Part shown: piece by piece, positions 57,967 through 64,000 of the stretch
How positions within the stretch are numbered: position 1 is the first letter of the stretch
Layout of the letters: each line of letters opens with the position of its first letter
NCBI GenBank assembly: GCA_964057225.1
Contig: OZ059898.1
Location: 4,402,001-4,466,000 of the forward strand
Direction: 5' to 3'
From: Auanema rhodensis
Taxonomy: Eukaryota > Animalia > Nematoda
DNA: 64,000 nucleotides
Translations under genes and position numbers: made by a program
The notes under the pieces: model-generated
What the model was told of the DNA's origin: nothing
The model's input: the letters and a program-made list of their open reading frames with translations, nothing else
Databases searched by the model: none

Positions 57967-59078
57967 TATGTAGTTGGCAAACCAGTTTATATGTGTATAT
58001 TGCCACCATGTTATCCCTGTTTTAGCTGTATCAAATACGCGAGAGTGAGAAAATTCAACCAATACTAACATATAAGTTCAATAAGCTATATATTTTGAGG
58101 TTTTTTCTATTATATATTCTCAAATACTGCGTAAGTTTTAGTTTTATAGATATATAAAATATTTATTTTTTTTTTAAAATGTTATTTCTTATTTCTTTTA
58201 TTTAAAAATTAATATTCATAAATTATCTAAATATGTTGTTATGAATTATAAAATTGTCTATATCTTGACCCCTTGAGGCTATTCTTTATTTACTTAATTC
58301 ATCAACTTATATACTCAAAATAGCATCATAGTTTAGTCCTCAACATCCAATCTTAATATTTGACTATCTTCATCCATTGATTCACTATTTTAAGTGTTAG
58401 TTGATGTAAAGGACCTTCAAATCAAAATTTACACACATCTGTATGTATAAATGGATGTATGTTTCATCGTTATTATATATACATATAATAATATTATATA
58501 AATTGATCTCTTAGGTAATCTGAACCAAAGAAAAAAATTCTATTTTTCAAAATAATTTATATTATAAATAAACTTTTAATAATTAATTATGTATTTATAT
58601 AATTTTTTAAATTCTTCTTTTATTTGTTTTTTTAGTTAATTTTATTATATAAAACTTAAAATAATATTAAATTTATTAAATTGATTTAAATTTTTTTTAT
58701 TCTTATTCTTGTATTTCTTTACTTATATTTCCTCTCTTGTTCGTTATTCTGTATTTCCTCTCTTGTCTTCTCACAACATTTACCTTTCCAAGAGCTATCG
58801 TTATGTCCTTCGTTCATGGTTTGACCGCCTATCCTGACTCCTCCCCCTCTTCATGCATCCGAATCCTCCAGGCCACGTATGTCGTCATCGCACTTTTGAC
58901 TCAGCCTCATTTGGAACTTTCTTGTAGTTTCTTAATAGGTTTTAATATCTATCTGCCTATTTATCTATCTATTTATATTTCTTTATTTTTTAACAAAATT
59001 TTTTACAATATTACTTCTCTTTTCTGTTAAAATAAAATTATTATCTCTTATCGAACCTCAATATTTTAATTGTTGCAG

Positions 59079-59620
59079 ATGGAAACGATTTTACCGACCA
59101 TCGTAAGGCCCATCTTTGCTTCTGTCGGTAACAACCTAGAGCAACCAAATAATCCTGAATATTCGGAAAAAACTGTTGGTCTTGAGGGATGTGCCGATAT
59201 TTATGATGCCGGAAAAGATGAATTTATGGAGATTACATATAGGTATACAATATGCTTTTCATATTACTTGTGTTTATTGGTACAATATAGAGAAATGGAG
59301 GAAGATTCTGGTAGTCCATCATCACCAGATGAGGCACGTATGCCTGTCGATGGGTCTCGAGGAACATCAGACTCCTCACCCTCCGGAAGCTCAAGTGTTG
59401 GAAATGCTTTTCGTGCTGATCTAAAACGTCCTGATCTCAAAGGTACCGTATATTAAAATAAATTGTTTTTCAATATATTTATGAATTATTTTCCTTTCAG
59501 GAACATTTCGTTGTTCTATTTGCTCTAAAGTCTTTTGTCATTCTTCTTCATTATCACGTCATCGAATGCAAGCTCATTTCAAGAGTTACAAATGTACATT
59601 ATGTCGAAAAGATATAACAA
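59079..59620 (+). CDS. C2H2 zinc-finger transcription factor, nematode PAT-9/ZTF-2-like family (5' part; continues beyond the right edge)
   Basis: ttgcag|ATG; exons 59079-59242, 59291-59442, 59501-59620. ...AFRADLKRPDLKGTFRCSICSKVFCHSSSLSRHRMQAHFKSYKCTLCRKDIT|gttagt. The second finger is interrupted and its remainder was not found in the window. Confidence 0.85.
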
Positions 59621-62600
59621 GTTAGTTTAAATTTTCTTTAATTTTTAATTAAAAAAATGAAAATATTGAATACAGTGAATATTAAAAAATATTTTGTATT
59701 TCTATTACTTGTATTACTTAATATTCTAAACTCATTACTGGATAATCTCAAAGTTTTAAATATTTTAATTTGAAAATTTCTAAATTTCCATATGTAAACC
59801 TTTATATTAAAGCTAGTAGATGTTGATTTAAAAGACTAATAACTTAGATTACCAACATATATAGAACGTAAACCAGCATTACAAAGCTGTTGACCATTAG
59901 TATACATGTTGTTGTGATCTAGCCTAATAAGGAGTAAGACAAGAATAATTCTCATAAACTACTGAAAAATCTTTTTATCTCTTTCTCTCTATATTACATT
60001 CTTCCTCGTTCTATTACCTTCTATTCTTGATTATCTGTTATCACAGTGTTCTTTCCTTTTCCTCTCACAATTTTTTCTTTTCTTGACCCATATTGACCAT
60101 TGAACAAACTTCATTTATGGATAAGGCTTTTCAAACCGTTTAATCGTCATTTCAATTTTTCTTATCATCTTTGTTATATACATATAGCTAGTATATAGGT
60201 ATATACATACATATATCTCTTATTTTCTAATTAAGAATTTAATGATTATTCCTGTTTAATCATTACAACACTTAATACTTGAAAAATTATTTTACTTCAT
60301 GTTTATGGATAGTTCCCACTTAAGCAAATCAATTAGATGGAGACTTAAGGTGAAATATAGTACATCAGCTGATCTTAGAAACAGAGCTAAAAGTGTATGG
60401 ATCATCTAGATGTATCCCGTATGAAAATAAAAAGAACAAAATAGATATAAATGAAAAGAGATATTATAGAGAGAAAGAGAGAGAGAGAGAGAGAGAATAA
60501 ACGTAAATGAATGTTTAGTGAATCTAAAATGAGCTGGTAAATATAGTTTTTGTTCGGAAACAGTTTATCATTTGCACTATTTGGATTAAAACTACTATGT
60601 AGGTATATAGTATCATGATTAAAAACATAAATCAAGCTAATTAATCTATGTTTTCGATGATTTATTGCAATATCTTTACTTCAAATATATAACAAATTAA
60701 ATATTATTTCTGTATTCTATAGAATCAATCATAATTTCCGGTATAGTATTCGTAAAAAGTTTTCAAAATGTTTAGAAAATTGGATGAAGGAAAGTCATGT
60801 TTCTTTTCTAATGATTATGTCCTTATTCTGCGCGAGTTAAGCCTTTTTTTCTTTTTTTGCTTCAAGTCTAGTATCCGCGATAACGTGGCCACTTCACTTT
60901 TCTTCGTTTCCTCTTTTCTGTTTCTCTCTCATATTCTTCTGTCCATCTAAGGATTAGCCAATGATCTTCACCGGAACAACTCCAGATTTTCTAACAAATC
61001 CATGGCTCGGACTGTCACCCGTCAGTGAATTGGAGGTACTGCCTGACACAGTTATGACCAATTATGGAAGGGCGACGAACCGAGAAGATGTTGCTACTGA
61101 CCTGTGCATACGTATATGCCCTAGAGGCGGTTTTGCTGAAAAGTGAATTGACGTTGTCCTCATCTACTACCATGGGTCATTAAAATGACTATGCAAGTTT
61201 CAAAGACTTGAAGAAATAATCAAGACTCTCCTTTCTCTTTTCCTTTTTTTCATTTATGAAGGTAGGACGATGTAAAGACAAAATTATTGGTACAAGCATG
61301 AGTGGATGAAATGGTTGGCGAAAATGTAAGAAGTGACTATTACTGACCTCATCATGAGACAACAATGTGGTTTTATTCCGATTTTCACTTCACTTTCATC
61401 TGTAGAGTTTGATCTCTATATACGGAAACAACTACTTTCTACTCGATTGCATAGTCCCAGTTAGAATATTTGGCTGAACAATTGCCTTCATGAAAATTAT
61501 TCGACCTATGAATGAATTTCAAAAATACGTAACATGCCATTTAACCAATCTATCTAAAAATCTTATAAAGTTTATAATAAAGGTTATATAGTTAATATAG
61601 AAATATTATCATATAGTTTCTATATTTTAAAAGTTTTCAAGCTCTTAGCAATATCTATGTAATCATTAATATTATGGTAGAAAGAGTGATATATTTAGAA
61701 GATCATGTATGACCTAATATCTCTTTAAATGCAGTCATAGCATTCAGGACATAAATCTAGTCAATTGCCTATTGACACATGTCCGAAGCCGCTTATCTGG
61801 AAGAGAAGCAAGCTATTTTACGGTTTATTCACCTATCTCTTTAACTACATGTCAATTTGGTGAAGATCAAGACGACATTGGCGACAATCCTCGCAAATGA
61901 TATCATCTGGATCTTTTCTGAAAAACACATCGAACCAAATATGTCACAGAGATATAGCAATTGAATCATCTTTTGATGTTCAACAACAATTTTGACAAGC
62001 GATATCTTTATTTTTTAAATTATTTTGTATATATAATTATATATTATATTATTATATATATTCATAAGTTTTTAATAGAAATTCAAATTCAAATTTCATA
62101 TGATATTTGTTGTTGTCTTTCGAGTAACCTGATGGAACATGTATCTAATTAGGCTAACAAATTGTCTGATTGCAAAACGAATACTTAAATTCAGCCTGTA
62201 TGCGAGATCACAATCATCAAGCAGAGATATAAATTAGTGGGCAAATGAGAGAGAGAGAGAGAGAGAGTCAGAGAAATAGATATAGAGAGAGGGATAGAGG
62301 GATATAAAGAAGAAAATGTGGATGTGACCTGAGAAGGCCGTCGTTCACAGAATGAAAGTAGTGAGTGTGTTGCGTATTGTATCCAGGCCGTTTTCGCTTT
62401 CCCGTAGATGGTTCGTCGGTTGCTGCTTTGCATCGACGTTATTGTCGCCGTGGGCCGTCAGTTAGCCATTACTTCAGCCACGACCACATGAAGATATCCC
62501 GAAATGGAGCTCGATATGACGCAACAACAATGAATAACAACATTCTGACGATCTCACACAAACATTATAGATATATTAAAGAAGGGACTAAGAAAATGGT

Positions 62601-63071
62601 TAATGTTCAAAACTTAAAACATAAATATTATAGTTTAATAATTAAATAATTAGAAATATAGTAATATTTATATAATAAAAGAATATATTATTATAATATA
62701 ACTTATAATATAAAAAAAACTTTTTATAATTTATTTCCCCTTATATCTAAATTATAAAATATTGTATTATTAAATCAAATATATATATAATACAATTATA
62801 ATTATTATCAAAATAAGGATTACAGTATTTGAATGTTTCATAGTTTTTTCTTTGGAATATTTGATCATATTTCATATTCTGTATTTGACTTTTACATCAT
62901 TACGTCATCACATTTAACGGATTGACCATCATGAGTTCACGCATCAAGCTGAACAATCAAGAAACAAAATATTTCTTTTACTATACTACATCTATAATAA
63001 TAATATTATTTTTTTATTATTAATATAATATTTTTTCTTTTTGATTAAAATAATAATAAAATTATTTTAAA

Positions 63072-63073
<2 letters not shown>

Positions 63074-63108
<35 letters not shown>
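63074..63108. repeat. (AT)n microsatellite
   Basis: Seen directly. Confidence 0.9.
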
Positions 63109-63112
<4 letters not shown>

Positions 63113-64000
63113 AATATATATATATTTCCCTCATAATTTTATATAAACATACAAGTTGTAGTTAAAAAAATATTTTTTATACTGGTCAGTATCCGGTTTT
63201 TCTTACATTTTCATTTGGTTTAAAATAAAAAAATAACCCGCATGTTTTGAAAGCAAAGGTCTGTTTTCTCCTCACATAATATGCACAAGGTTTATCTCTA
63301 GAGGAAAAGCCGATTGACACATATTAGAGACCAGCCAGCTCATGTACTCCAAACTAGGCCAAATGCATTTGAACGGTTTTTTTTGAGATGAGGCTTGATT
63401 CTACCTTTAGGATTATTGCAAAACTTTCTCTTGCCTCTCCCTTTTCATGTCCACTTTCATCCAATCTTTTCCTCAAAGCATATCTCTTTAGTCGTCCTGA
63501 CTACCGTAGTCTATATAGTTAATACCGTTGTGTCAATGAATTGTACATGAGTTGTAAGCATATAACAATAAAGGAAAAGAAGAAAAAAGAAAAAAGAAGC
63601 AATAGAAAAGAAGATTCAAGTAACTAGACATTTTCTTTTTTTTTCCATACCTTCATAGTTACATTCAATCTTGTCTGCTTTTTTCAATCCTCGAACTTCT
63701 GAATCAAACCTAATCTCCTTATCGTATATTCTTTTAGCCATTTTAAACTTTTTACTCTTTATCTTTCTTTTCTCTCATAGATTGTTGTCATGAAATTAGA
63801 CCTGTTAGTCGTTTGAATAAAACTAGTCAGATTATCAAAAGTCTGATGAGCCACATTCCATGACCTGTCCCTATGATTCTGATACGAGACAAGGCATGAA
63901 GTAGTAGCAGTTAATGTGCTAACTACCTGATACAAGCAGATTTCCAGTTAGACCAGATTTTAGTTTGTCATGAGTTGTTCGGTCATTTTTAAAGTTTTGA

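Overview
AT-rich eukaryotic genomic DNA from a rhabditid nematode, judged from mostly 40-60 nt GT-AG introns, acceptor-like sites right before ATGs, and C. elegans-like proteins; the species cannot be determined. There are three zones. (1) 1-37 kb is a gene-poor, GA-skewed region: the 5' end and regulatory domain of an unidentified minus-strand gene that runs off the left edge, with alternative first exons and repeated GLI/TRA-1-type and DM-domain (MAB-3-type) motifs. (2) 38.2-51.9 kb is a compact, intron-dense block. It holds a probable SL2-type operon (rpb-8, rars-1, a divergent PPM1D/Wip1-like PP2C, arx-6/ARPC4, emc-7), a convergent SLC36 amino-acid transporter, and an orphan gene encoding a low-complexity N-terminus plus two tandem, highly divergent ETS-like winged-helix domains. 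(3) 52-64 kb is the CT-skewed upstream region and first exons of a PAT-9-family C2H2 zinc-finger gene, with a 701-bp Tc1/mariner-type MITE. Most ORFs in the supplied track are low-complexity artefacts. All gene models were spliced by hand, and all homology calls come from recalled family motifs, not database searches.
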